A DNA stretch of 64,000 nucleotides from Gammaproteobacteria bacterium. Its GTDB lineage: Bacteria; Pseudomonadota; Gammaproteobacteria; JABHGC01. The position numbers and the translations under genes were made by a program. The notes under the pieces are model-generated. The model searched no databases and was not told the origin of the DNA. It worked only from the letters and a program-made list of their open reading frames with translations. Numbering within the stretch: position 1 is the first letter of the stretch; the number at the start of each line of letters is the position of its first letter. The stretch spans positions 21,877 to 85,876 of the forward strand of contig JALWTS010000039.1 in NCBI GenBank assembly GCA_027077805.1, given 5' to 3'. Shown here one piece after another: positions 23,506 through 32,548 of this stretch.

Positions 23506-24735
23506 TCAGCCCATCAAAACTTCTTCCTCCAAATAACTTGTTACCGTTTCAATCACTGAAGTATTAAAATCCTCAAAGGCCGTTTCATCATCATGCAAAA
23601 AAATACCCCATTCTTGCCAACTTAAGCCTTCAACATCAGCAACTACCATAAATACCGCATCATGTAAGGCAGAAAAATCGTCATAGTTGTGATATTCGGG
23701 TTTGAGTTTCAGTAACATTGAGGAATCTTCGCTTTCTTTTTTACGCACTAAAGCACCCCCATATAAAAATATTTTAAATATACAATTGATTTTATTTTTG
23801 CTTAGGGTAAGTGCTTCGATTTGTGTCGCCAGTTGTTGTTCCACTAATTGATTGATAATATCACCACGAGCTGTAAACTCATTGGTAGTTGTCAGTACGT
23901 CAAAAATAGCTTGTATGACCTGCTGTTGTAGTTCTGCTCCTAAAAACTGCATCCCTTGTTTTCGGATTTTAGCTAAAACACGATTGACTCTATGTTCAAA
24001 TGATAACATTACCTCACTATCATCGGCATGTTCAACCACAAGCTCCGCAATCACATCACTGCCTACGTCATCAGGGCTTAATTTAATGATCCCTTTTTCC
24101 TGAGCAGCTTTTAAAAATTTTCTAAACTGGGAAAAACCATAGTTAGACTCATCAAATGAAGAATCTAATTGTCGCATTGTGCTTTTAATTTGTGATCCCC
24201 TTAGTTCATGGCCTTCTTTTTCCATTAATATCAATGCTCTAGTTAATAAATCACAAGCGTTATGGACATCAGTCTCATTGACTTCCTGTTGTCCAATCAA
24301 GGTGGAGTAATAAATTAATTCATCACAATAGCCTTTTAATAACTCGCTGACGCTTTTTTTATCCCCAACAACAATGACATATTTATTATATTCCCGTAAC
24401 TTGGAAATCAAAGGGGTATAATCACTATCACCTGATACAACAACAATGGTATCAATATATTCTTTGGTAATCGCAACTTCTAGGGCATCAACCACTAATT
24501 TAATATCGGCAGAGTTTTTACCTCGCTTGCCATGTGAAGGTAATTCAGTTAATTCAATGGAATTTTCTAACATTTGACGTTTGTATTGGGCATAGCGTCC
24601 CCAATCAGCATAGGCTTTTTTAACAATCAAACGCCCTTTTTCTTTAAGTTTTTCGACTAAAATTTTGGCATTGAAAATATCAGGATTACCAAAATTCTCA
24701 AAATCAATAAAAACTGCAATATTACTTAACCCCAT
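23506..24735 (-). CDS. NYN (PIN-like) domain protein with OST-HTH/LOTUS domain and C-terminal extension
   Basis: IAVFIDFEN, KNSADIKLVVDA, VSGDSDY, CDELIYY; LOTUS-like FDESNYGFSQFRKFL. Start trimmed to MGLSN. Confidence 0.88.
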   Translation of the reverse strand: MGLSNIAVFIDFENFGNPDIFNAKILVEKLKEKGRLIVKKAYADWGRYAQYKRQMLENSIELTELPSHGKRGKNSADIKLVVDALEVAITKEYIDTIVVVSGDSDYTPLISKLREYNKYVIVVGDKKSVSELLKGYCDELIYYSTLIGQQEVNETDVHNACDLLTRALILMEKEGHELRGSQIKSTMRQLDSSFDESNYGFSQFRKFLKAAQEKGIIKLSPDDVGSDVIAELVVEHADDSEVMLSFEHRVNRVLAKIRKQGMQFLGAELQQQVIQAIFDVLTTTNEFTARGDIINQLVEQQLATQIEALTLSKNKINCIFKIFLYGGALVRKKESEDSSMLLKLKPEYHNYDDFSALHDAVFMVVADVEGLSWQEWGIFLHDDETAFEDFNTSVIETVTSYLEEEVLMG

Positions 24736-24948
24736 AAACCACCTATAATAATAAAAGCCAACATTTATATAAATCATAGTCCTATCACAAAAAAATCCTA
24801 GCTTATTTACAAATAAAATAATTATTACATTGCGTTAAAATCTAGTAATTAACCAGTTGATAAACTAAAATTGACAGAAATAGGAATCTAGCTTTTCTTA
24901 ACAAAGGGGACTATGATCATTTCAATGCTATAGTGATAGGAATTTATT

Positions 24949-25983
24949 ATGATAACAAACAAAAAAACAATTATTCTTTATGTATTAATGGGGTTTTTCA
25001 TTAGCACTTGGGTTCATGCGGATGAAATTATGTTAAATCCAGATCATCCAACAACTTATACTGTTGTTAAAGGTGATACTTTATGGGATATCAGTGGTCG
25101 ATTTTTACAATATCCTTGGCAATGGCCAGATATTTGGCATTCGAATCCACAAATTGAAAATCCACATTTAATTTATCCTGGTGATGTGATTTCTTTAGAA
25201 ATTGTCGAAGGACAGCCACGTTTATACTTAGATAAACGTACTGTAAAACTAAGTCCTAAAGCTAGAATTACACCTTTAGATACGGCTATTCCAACTATTC
25301 CAATTGATGCAATCAAACAGTTTTTGGATCAACCATTAATTATTGAAGCGAATGATATGCCAAATCAACCCTATGTCGTTGGTTTTCCTAATAAACGCTT
25401 AATAGGTGGTGGACAAGAAAAATTTTATGTTAGATCAATTGAAACACAACCTGAAAATTTAAATTATTATATTTATCGTCAAGGCAAAACTTATAGAGAT
25501 CCTGACACCAATGAAATCTTAGGCTATGAAGCGATTTATATCGGTAATAGTAAACTAAAAAAATTGGGGGATCCTGCAACATTTATGGCTGTCAGTTCAG
25601 TGCAACAAATAGCCAAAGGTGATAGGGTAATGCCAGCATCTCAAGAAGAATTTCAGCAAGCATTTTACCCTAAAAAACCTAGTGAAGATATTTCAGGATA
25701 CATATTATCAGTACAAAATGGGGTTGCATTAGTAGGACAATATCAAATTGTTGCAATTAACAAAGGTTCTGCTGATGGCATGAGTGTTGGTACTGTTTTA
25801 GCAATTAGTCAACAAGGTGATACTATTTATGATGTGATTAAAGGGCATAGTAGTCAAGTAACACTACCTAACGAACGCAGTGGTTATATTATGATCTTCC
25901 GTACCTTTGACCGAATCAGTTATGCATTAGTGATGAATGCGACTAGCATTATCAGAACAGGTGATATTGTACATACACCCTAA
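24949..25983 (+). CDS. tsaP: LysM peptidoglycan-binding protein (TsaP-like)
   Basis: Signal peptide, YTVVKGDTLWDIS..PWQWPDIW..NPHLIYPGD; normally divergent from def. Confidence 0.85.
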   Translation: MITNKKTIILYVLMGFFISTWVHADEIMLNPDHPTTYTVVKGDTLWDISGRFLQYPWQWPDIWHSNPQIENPHLIYPGDVISLEIVEGQPRLYLDKRTVKLSPKARITPLDTAIPTIPIDAIKQFLDQPLIIEANDMPNQPYVVGFPNKRLIGGGQEKFYVRSIETQPENLNYYIYRQGKTYRDPDTNEILGYEAIYIGNSKLKKLGDPATFMAVSSVQQIAKGDRVMPASQEEFQQAFYPKKPSEDISGYILSVQNGVALVGQYQIVAINKGSADGMSVGTVLAISQQGDTIYDVIKGHSSQVTLPNERSGYIMIFRTFDRISYALVMNATSIIRTGDIVHTP

Positions 25984-26006
25984 TCATAATTATAAGGCTT
26001 GGTATT

Positions 26007-26034
26007 GGCGGATATAGTGTTTATCCGCCTTTTT
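26007..26034 (+). terminator. Intrinsic terminator of the LysM gene
   Basis: GGCGGATA-N7-TATCCGCC followed by TTTTT. Confidence 0.75.
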
Positions 26035-26046
26035 CAGTGCGGATTA

Positions 26047-26394
26047 TCAATCCCGAAATTCAGACACTCGAATTCGTCCATCTACCATTTTTGAGGAACG
26101 TTGCTCAAGTTTTGCCATTTTATTCCAAAAGGCTTGGTTTAAATCAAACTCTTTTGCAATCGCAGTTCCCATTAGCAAAATCAGTAAATCAGCGCATTCT
26201 TCAGCTAATAATTCAGTGCTTTTACCTTTAGTAACACAAGCAGAAATTTCACCCAATTCTTCTGCCATTAAGGCTACTCTATAGTTTAATTCTTCACCAC
26301 CATATTTTTTTAGTTGATGTTTATCATGAAAATTTTGTACTTCTGCTAACATTGTTTGGTAAGAATCTTGGTTCATTAAGTTCATTAAAAACAA
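26047..26394 (-). CDS. MazG-like nucleotide pyrophosphohydrolase
   Basis: EELGE...EECAD acidic motifs in a small helical protein. The start may be a few codons downstream. Confidence 0.82.
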   Translation of the reverse strand: MFLMNLMNQDSYQTMLAEVQNFHDKHQLKKYGGEELNYRVALMAEELGEISACVTKGKSTELLAEECADLLILLMGTAIAKEFDLNQAFWNKMAKLEQRSSKMVDGRIRVSEFRD

Positions 26395-26400
26395 TCCTTA

Positions 26401-28476
26401 TTATAATTGTAGTTTAGAAATATCCGCTACTTGCAAAAATAATTGGCTCAATTGATTTAATAATGCTAAACGATTATTTTGTAATGCTGGATCATCTACC
26501 ATTACCATAACATTATCAAAAAATTGATTCACACTTGGTTTTAGTTGGGCTAATTTTGTTAATGCTTGGGTATAATCATGACTCGCTAAATCTGGCTGAA
26601 TGTCTTGTTGTAATTGTTGAATATGTTTGGCTAATGCTTGTTCATTATCGGATTGATATAATAATGCTTGCGGTGTAGAAGTATGAGTTTGTGGATTATT
26701 CGCTTTTTTCAAAATATTCCGAATCCGTTTATTAGCCGATGCTAAACTTCCCGCTTCAGCCATAGTTCGAAATTGCTGTACTGCCTGCAAACGTTGGGCA
26801 AATTCCAGTGGATAATGAGGTTGGCAACTAAATACGGCATCAAAACTATCATACGCAAAATTCTGCTCTAAATAATAGGATTTTAAACGTTCCATCATGT
26901 AGGAAAACACTTGTTGTGTTAATTTTATCGGTTCAGAAACTTTAAACAAGTGTTCAGCAATTAAATTAATCAATTGATATAAATCAATGGCTAAGTTTTG
27001 CTCAATACAAATTCTTAATACGCCTAAACTAGCACGACGTAAACCAAAGGGGTCTTTTTCTCCTGAAGGAATTTGTCCAATTGAAAAAATACCAACAATT
27101 GTATCTAATTTATCGGCAATAGATAAAATTTGTCCTGAAATACTATTAGGTAAGTCATCACCTGAAAAGCGAGGCTGGTATTGTTGTTCTAAAGCTATCG
27201 CTACTTCATTCGCTTCACCATTTTCTAGGGCGTAATATTTTCCCATTGTGCCTTGTAATTCAGGAAATTCACCTACCATTTCAGTGAGTAAATCTGTTTT
27301 AGCTAACCATCCCATAGCTTGAATATGTGCTAAATTTAAGCCCAATTGAGTTTGCATTGCCTCACAAATTGCGACTATTCTGGATGCTTTATCCCAAAGC
27401 GTACCGAGTTTCTGCTGAAATACCACTTGTTTTAAAGATTCAACTCGTTGTTTTAAAGGTTTTTTTAAATCTTGTTGCCAAAAAAATTCCGCATCGTTTA
27501 AACGAGGATGAATTACACGTTCATTGCCTGAACGCACAATATCAACTTGCTGACTTTCAATATTGCTAATGGTAATAAAATAAGGCAGTAATTTTTGTTG
27601 AGCATTAACCACTGGAAAATATTTTTGATGGGATTGCATTGAGGCAATTAAGACTTCTTTAGGTAAGGTCAAAAATTTCCTATCAAATTGACCTAAAATT
27701 GCCACGGGCCATTCAACTAAAGCGGTTACCTCATTCACTAAGTCTGGATTTAAAATTACCTGCCCCTGTACCGAATTTGCTAAAGCTTTTGCTTGTTCAA
27801 TAATCACTTGTTGGCGTTGTTCAAAATCAACAATCACTTTATTCGCATATAATTTATCAATATAATCATTAGGTAATGCTAATTCTATGGAGGCACTGGT
27901 ATGAAAACGATGACCTTGACTTAAATTGCTTGGTATGACATCTAAAATTGGCTGTTTAATGATATGCTTGCCAAATAATAAAACTACCCAATGAACAGGA
28001 CGAATAAACTCGGTATCCAAACTACCCCAACGCATACGCTTTGGGATCGGTAAACGTTGCAAACCTTTGGTAATAATGGCAGGTAATAATTCAATGCTTG
28101 CTTGTCCTGCTTGCGTTGATTGGAAATTTAACCATTGACCTTTATCCGTTTCTAAAGTGCTTAATTCCTCAATTGTTACTCCACAAGCGCGAGCGAAACC
28201 CAATGCCGCAGGCGTGGGCTGACCTTGCTCATTAAATGCGACTTTGTAAGCAGGACCTCTTTTTTGTATAACTTGATCAGCTTGGGCAATGTCTAAATCT
28301 TGAATTAGAAAACTTAAGCGTCGTGGTGTTGCAAAATATTGGGCGGTTTGATAATGTAACTTTGCTTGTCCTAAACCTGTTATTACTTCTTGTAATAATG
28401 CTTGTGATAGTTTTAATAATGCTTTCGGCGGTAATTCTTCTGTGCCAATTTCAAACAGTAAATGTTGAGTTTCCAT
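26401..28476 (-). CDS. glyS: Glycine-tRNA ligase beta subunit
   Basis: LFEIGTEELPP, TPRRL, KRMRWG, EFPELQG, DPFGLRR. Start trimmed to METQH. Confidence 0.97.
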   Translation of the reverse strand: METQHLLFEIGTEELPPKALLKLSQALLQEVITGLGQAKLHYQTAQYFATPRRLSFLIQDLDIAQADQVIQKRGPAYKVAFNEQGQPTPAALGFARACGVTIEELSTLETDKGQWLNFQSTQAGQASIELLPAIITKGLQRLPIPKRMRWGSLDTEFIRPVHWVVLLFGKHIIKQPILDVIPSNLSQGHRFHTSASIELALPNDYIDKLYANKVIVDFEQRQQVIIEQAKALANSVQGQVILNPDLVNEVTALVEWPVAILGQFDRKFLTLPKEVLIASMQSHQKYFPVVNAQQKLLPYFITISNIESQQVDIVRSGNERVIHPRLNDAEFFWQQDLKKPLKQRVESLKQVVFQQKLGTLWDKASRIVAICEAMQTQLGLNLAHIQAMGWLAKTDLLTEMVGEFPELQGTMGKYYALENGEANEVAIALEQQYQPRFSGDDLPNSISGQILSIADKLDTIVGIFSIGQIPSGEKDPFGLRRASLGVLRICIEQNLAIDLYQLINLIAEHLFKVSEPIKLTQQVFSYMMERLKSYYLEQNFAYDSFDAVFSCQPHYPLEFAQRLQAVQQFRTMAEAGSLASANKRIRNILKKANNPQTHTSTPQALLYQSDNEQALAKHIQQLQQDIQPDLASHDYTQALTKLAQLKPSVNQFFDNVMVMVDDPALQNNRLALLNQLSQLFLQVADISKLQL

Positions 28477-28481
28477 AGTAA

Positions 28482-29387
28482 CTAATCCTCCTGACACAAT
28501 GGAAAACCTAAGGTTTCACGACTTTGATAATAGGTTTTAGCAACCGCTTTAGCCAAAGCTCTTACTCTTAAAATAAAACCTTGTCTTTCGGTCACTGATA
28601 TCGCATGTCTAGCATCCAATAAATTAAAAATATGTGAGGCTTTTAATACGAATTCATAGGCAGGTAATGCCAATGATTTTTCAATCAAGAGCAAACTATT
28701 TTGTTCACATTGATCAAACCATGTAAATAACTGCTTAGTGTTGGCATATTCAAAATTATAAGTGGACAATTCCAATTCATTTTGATGAAAAATATCCCCA
28801 TAAGTTAGCGTACCTTGCAAACTATCCCCCCAGACTAAATCATAAACACTATTCACTTCTTGTAAATACATGGCAATTCTTTCCAAACCATAAGTAATTT
28901 CACCTGTGACTGGTTTACAATCTAAACCACCGACTTGTTGAAAATAAGTGAATTGAGTAATTTCCATACCATTTAACCATACTTCCCAACCCAAACCCCA
29001 TGCACCTAAGGTTGGCGATTCCCAATTATCTTCTACAAAGCGAATATCATGGACTAAAGGATCAATGCCTAAAATTTTTAATGACTCTAAATATAAGGTC
29101 TGAATTTCTAATGGCGAAGGTTTTAAAATCACCTGAAATTGGTAATAATGCTGGAGTCGGTTAGGATTATCACCATAGCGACCATCTGTTGGTCTACGCG
29201 AGGGTTGCACATAAGCCCCATTCCAAGGTTCAGGACCAATTGCTCGTAAAAATGTAGCAGGATGAAAAGTTCCTGCTCCAACCTCCATATCATAAGATTG
29301 CAATAATAAACAACCTTGCTTTGCCCAATAATCTTGTAAAGCCATAATCATGCCTTGAAACGTCAAAATATTATATTTTTGTTCCAA
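28482..29387 (-). CDS. glyQ: Glycine-tRNA ligase alpha subunit
   Basis: [40 protein letters not shown]. True start is probably TTG at 29387 with AAGGA upstream; the longer ORF call runs into the intergenic region. Confidence 0.96.
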   Translation of the reverse strand: MEQKYNILTFQGMIMALQDYWAKQGCLLLQSYDMEVGAGTFHPATFLRAIGPEPWNGAYVQPSRRPTDGRYGDNPNRLQHYYQFQVILKPSPLEIQTLYLESLKILGIDPLVHDIRFVEDNWESPTLGAWGLGWEVWLNGMEITQFTYFQQVGGLDCKPVTGEITYGLERIAMYLQEVNSVYDLVWGDSLQGTLTYGDIFHQNELELSTYNFEYANTKQLFTWFDQCEQNSLLLIEKSLALPAYEFVLKASHIFNLLDARHAISVTERQGFILRVRALAKAVAKTYYQSRETLGFPLCQED

Positions 29388-29418
29388 CTTTCTATCCTTG
29401 CCACAGAAAAAGCTCACT

Positions 29419-29512
29419 TTATCCAAAATCACTAGATTTATCAAGCAATCTATCCAGTTTTTAGTTACCCATAAATGGATAACCGGTACAATGTTTATCC
29501 ATAAACAGATAA
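29419..29512. promoter_or_regulatory. Cluster of DnaA-box-like motifs / two imperfect palindromes
   Basis: TTATCCAAA 29419-27 and TTATCCATA 29495-503 (1 mismatch to TTATCCACA). TTACCCATA 29465-73 and reverse TTATCCATT 29474-82 (2 mismatches). Weaker copies at 29438 and 29450. Confidence 0.5.
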
Positions 29513-29705
29513 TCTTTGTATTGTTAAACAAAATATTGTAATGTAAACAATGGTAATGACATTTAAATTTAAGTTTGATAGAATTGGAATTCATTTGACG
29601 ATATTTATTATTTATCAACTGCTCTTGAGCTAATAACATTGGCGATAGGAAGCAACCGCGTAAGCGTTGATATTAACTTAAGAATTTTGAATAAAGGAGT
29701 TAACA

Positions 29706-31694
29706 ATGTCAGGTATGGCAATGGAAGTTTTTCGTAGTGTGAAAAACCGAGAACATCCGTATGCAAGAATCAGTGCAAAAACCATTGATGATAAATCTTT
29801 AACGCCAACAGCATTTAGAATCTTGAGTTATTTATTAAATCGACCGAAAGATTGGGTGTTAAATATTCATGATTTATGTAATAAACTCTGTTTGGGACGT
29901 TCTGCCGTTTACAATGGTTTAAAAGTATTGCGACGTTTGGGTTATTTATTATGTAAAGCGGTACGTAATCGTAAGGGTCAATACAGCAAATGGGTTTATA
30001 TTGTATATGAAGAGGCGAATTTTGTAGCGGCTAAGTTTTTTGTTGAGCAAAATAAACGTAAATCAGATAAATCAGATAATAGTATGAGTGCAGATGCCAC
30101 TTCTGATTTATTTTCTGATGAAACATTTATTAAAAATGAAATAGAAACCTTAAAACAGAAATTAGTGGAGAAGGAACAAGAATTGACTGAAAATGTTGAT
30201 TTGGATGCTCACGCCGATGTTGATGCTGATGTTGACGTTGATATCGACGTTGATGTTGATGCTGATGCTAACCAATATCTGAATCAAACCTCTCAACATG
30301 ATTCATCCGAATCAAAGTTGACAGTTAAACATCCTATTACACCTCCAAAAGTTGCGCTTTCCAGAGAACAAGAGTTAGAAGAACTTCTACAAAAAAAGGA
30401 AGTTGAACTAGTAATTTTGAGAAAGCGACATGAGCTAATTGAACAACGGCAACAAGAACAGCAACAACGGCAACCATTACCAGAACCAAGCCAGAATCGG
30501 CATTATGGTAGTAGAACGTCTCAGCCTCAATCTATTGGTGCTGTTCTTGGCAATTTTATGGAGAAAGCAATGTCAGAGATGACAGAACCCACTCCAGCTA
30601 AACAAGTTACTGAGAAACATCATCAATCTACGCCTAAAAAGCCTAATGTTGATTTAAGCCATTTGAACTTAATTTATCATGAGGAATTAGAGCCATATCG
30701 TGATGCAATGGAGCCGAAATTGGCTGAGATAGAAGAGAATGCTCAAGATGTGTTAGATGCAATTGCGACTGCGATTGAAAATAAAAATCCTATTGCTAAT
30801 ATGTTTGGTTATTTTCAAGCAATTGTACGTTCAGTTAAGCAAAATCGCTTTGTGAAAACTAAGGTTATTGAGGATTACCAATTAAAGCGTCAAATGGCTC
30901 AAGCATCCCAGAGCGATCAAATGGTGGCAGGTACAAGTGTTGATAATAGCAATGTTGAAATGGCGATAACCTCGGAGTCTAGCAAAACCGCTAAAAAAGC
31001 GACAAAGACAAAGACAAAAACAAAAAAATCAGCCATATCGAAAGAATCACCAGAACCAATAGAAGCAGGAACGTTTGCTGAAAAAGAAGAAGTTCTGCAT
31101 TCCCCTTATCCTGATGCACCTGCACAATTGGCTCGATATATTGAAAGCAAGCTCGAACGGCCTTTGGGATTTGCTAAATTTGATGAAGAATTTCGATGTA
31201 TTAGTGAAGAGAGGCGTAAAGTATTAGAAGAACAAAGAGCATTATTGCGATTACAATTTCATATTGCGATTTTTAATAGTCTATCGGGAGATGAACAACC
31301 TGAGCAAATTAAGATATTGCACTATTATGCTCATCATACCCCTGAGAAAGTTAGCACGCCTGCAACTGCCCAAGAACGTATTGATAGGTGTCCAATTTGT
31401 GATAGTAAAGGTTATTATCGTATATTTGATACTAAATCGATGAGTGATAGGAGAGTGTTGTGCTGTCATTATCCGAAGCAGATATTGGAGGATAAGAATC
31501 GCAAAAATTGGTTGTTTTATGCGGATTTAGTCCAACGTATTCAGCAAAAATGCAATCGAGATAGTGTGGGTTTAGAAGATATTCAATTTTATTTAACAAA
31601 TGAAATGGTTTTAGAAGAAGATATGTTTTTGACCATGGATGAGATTCTTGAAAAATATAGAGTTCCAAAACCCATTCCTAGGAGGTTTCGGTAA
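29706..31694 (+). CDS. Putative replication initiator of phage/ICE type (wHTH, linker, NPxGY-like domain, C-terminal Zn-binding-like motif)
   Basis: RBS AAGGAG. N-terminus HPYARIS..IDDKSLT..AFRILSYLL.RP.DW..IHDL...LGRSAVYNGLKVL..LGYL...RNRKGQY...YIVYE. Internal QDVLD...IANMFGYF..IV...KQNRF. C-terminal IDRCPICDSKGY...CCH. Confidence 0.65.
   Translation: MSGMAMEVFRSVKNREHPYARISAKTIDDKSLTPTAFRILSYLLNRPKDWVLNIHDLCNKLCLGRSAVYNGLKVLRRLGYLLCKAVRNRKGQYSKWVYIVYEEANFVAAKFFVEQNKRKSDKSDNSMSADATSDLFSDETFIKNEIETLKQKLVEKEQELTENVDLDAHADVDADVDVDIDVDVDADANQYLNQTSQHDSSESKLTVKHPITPPKVALSREQELEELLQKKEVELVILRKRHELIEQRQQEQQQRQPLPEPSQNRHYGSRTSQPQSIGAVLGNFMEKAMSEMTEPTPAKQVTEKHHQSTPKKPNVDLSHLNLIYHEELEPYRDAMEPKLAEIEENAQDVLDAIATAIENKNPIANMFGYFQAIVRSVKQNRFVKTKVIEDYQLKRQMAQASQSDQMVAGTSVDNSNVEMAITSESSKTAKKATKTKTKTKKSAISKESPEPIEAGTFAEKEEVLHSPYPDAPAQLARYIESKLERPLGFAKFDEEFRCISEERRKVLEEQRALLRLQFHIAIFNSLSGDEQPEQIKILHYYAHHTPEKVSTPATAQERIDRCPICDSKGYYRIFDTKSMSDRRVLCCHYPKQILEDKNRKNWLFYADLVQRIQQKCNRDSVGLEDIQFYLTNEMVLEEDMFLTMDEILEKYRVPKPIPRRFR
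30195..30269 (+). repeat. Degenerate hexamer tandem repeat (consensus GTTGAT) encoding a D-V/D-A tract
   Basis: About 12 hexamers: gttgat ttggat gctcac gccgat gttgat gctgat gttgac gttgat atcgac gttgat gttgat gctgat gct. Confidence 0.85.
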
Positions 31695-32283
31695 GTGGTG
31701 GTAGAGCGAGATGAATGGATATGCAGGCGAATTAGAATGTGATGGTGCAACACTTTTTTGAACAAAAAATTATGCGGATTGTAAAAGTTTTTCATAAGCC
31801 ATTAGTGATAAATATCCTAAAGTGGAATGCTTACGAAATCGATTGTGATAAACTTCAATGTATTGAAATAGAGTGGTTTTAGCCTGTTCCTAAATATGAG
31901 TGTTATACTTGGACGTGATTGGTTATGCTTTGTTGAGTTAAGTCATTTGCTTCCCATTGTTTCCGTTGATGGCACTTTCGTCCTGCAACTGGAATCTTTG
32001 TTGAGCAGCTCCAACCGTTGGCTTTCAGTCTGTTTTAATAAGTTGAGTCCAGTAGCATTTACATGGTGTAAATGGGTATTTCTATCATATGAGTGCCTTA
32101 GACAATATGTCTTTTGTCCGGGCATTCATTCTACGATTAAAATTTTTCCACTGTTGTTGGCTGGAAAACGATTGATTCAAATCTTCGGCAACCGCTGATC
32201 CTATTTTATCCACAATGCGATGGTCAGCTTGGGTTTTGTGTTCGCTGATGAGTGAGTTTTATCGTGCTTAAATTATGTTGCCT

Positions 32284-32367
32284 AATTGGTTTTATGGTTT
32301 TAAGCCTCGTTTAGTGATGAATGATAAAGGAGAAATTATCTCATTCGCCATTACACCAGGTAATGTT
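32284..32367 (+). pseudogene. IS982-family transposase fragment
   Basis: Translates NWFYGFKPRLVMNDKGEIISFAITPGNV, matching the IS982 WFYGFKLHL..N..GEI......PGN motif; no start or continuation. Confidence 0.75.
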
Positions 32368-32548
32368 TCTTGTCGTTGCTATGGGTGGATAACCTGTTTG
32401 CTTGCTCAGCTTGAGGGTGATGCTTAGGTTTTCGGTGATATCAACTGTTTTTTTATCACTGCGTGCAATAAACTGACTGTTAAAATGCGATTTGCTATGA
32501 CAAAAATGCTTCCGTATCCGTCTGTGTAGAAAATTATTTGTCAGCCAT

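Noticed and set aside
29388-29639. 84-codon N-terminal extension of glyQ in the ORF track
   Set aside because: No GlyQ similarity before [12 protein letters not shown], and an RBS precedes TTG 29387. The stretch is intergenic regulatory DNA.
30195-30269. Possible CRISPR or DnaA-trio array
   Set aside because: Six-bp period with no spacers, in frame within a CDS; not a 3-nt trio run next to DnaA boxes.
31896-32198. 100-aa plus-strand ORF and 60-aa minus-strand ORF
   Set aside because: No recognisable motifs; they lie in pseudogene debris and are not supportable as genes.
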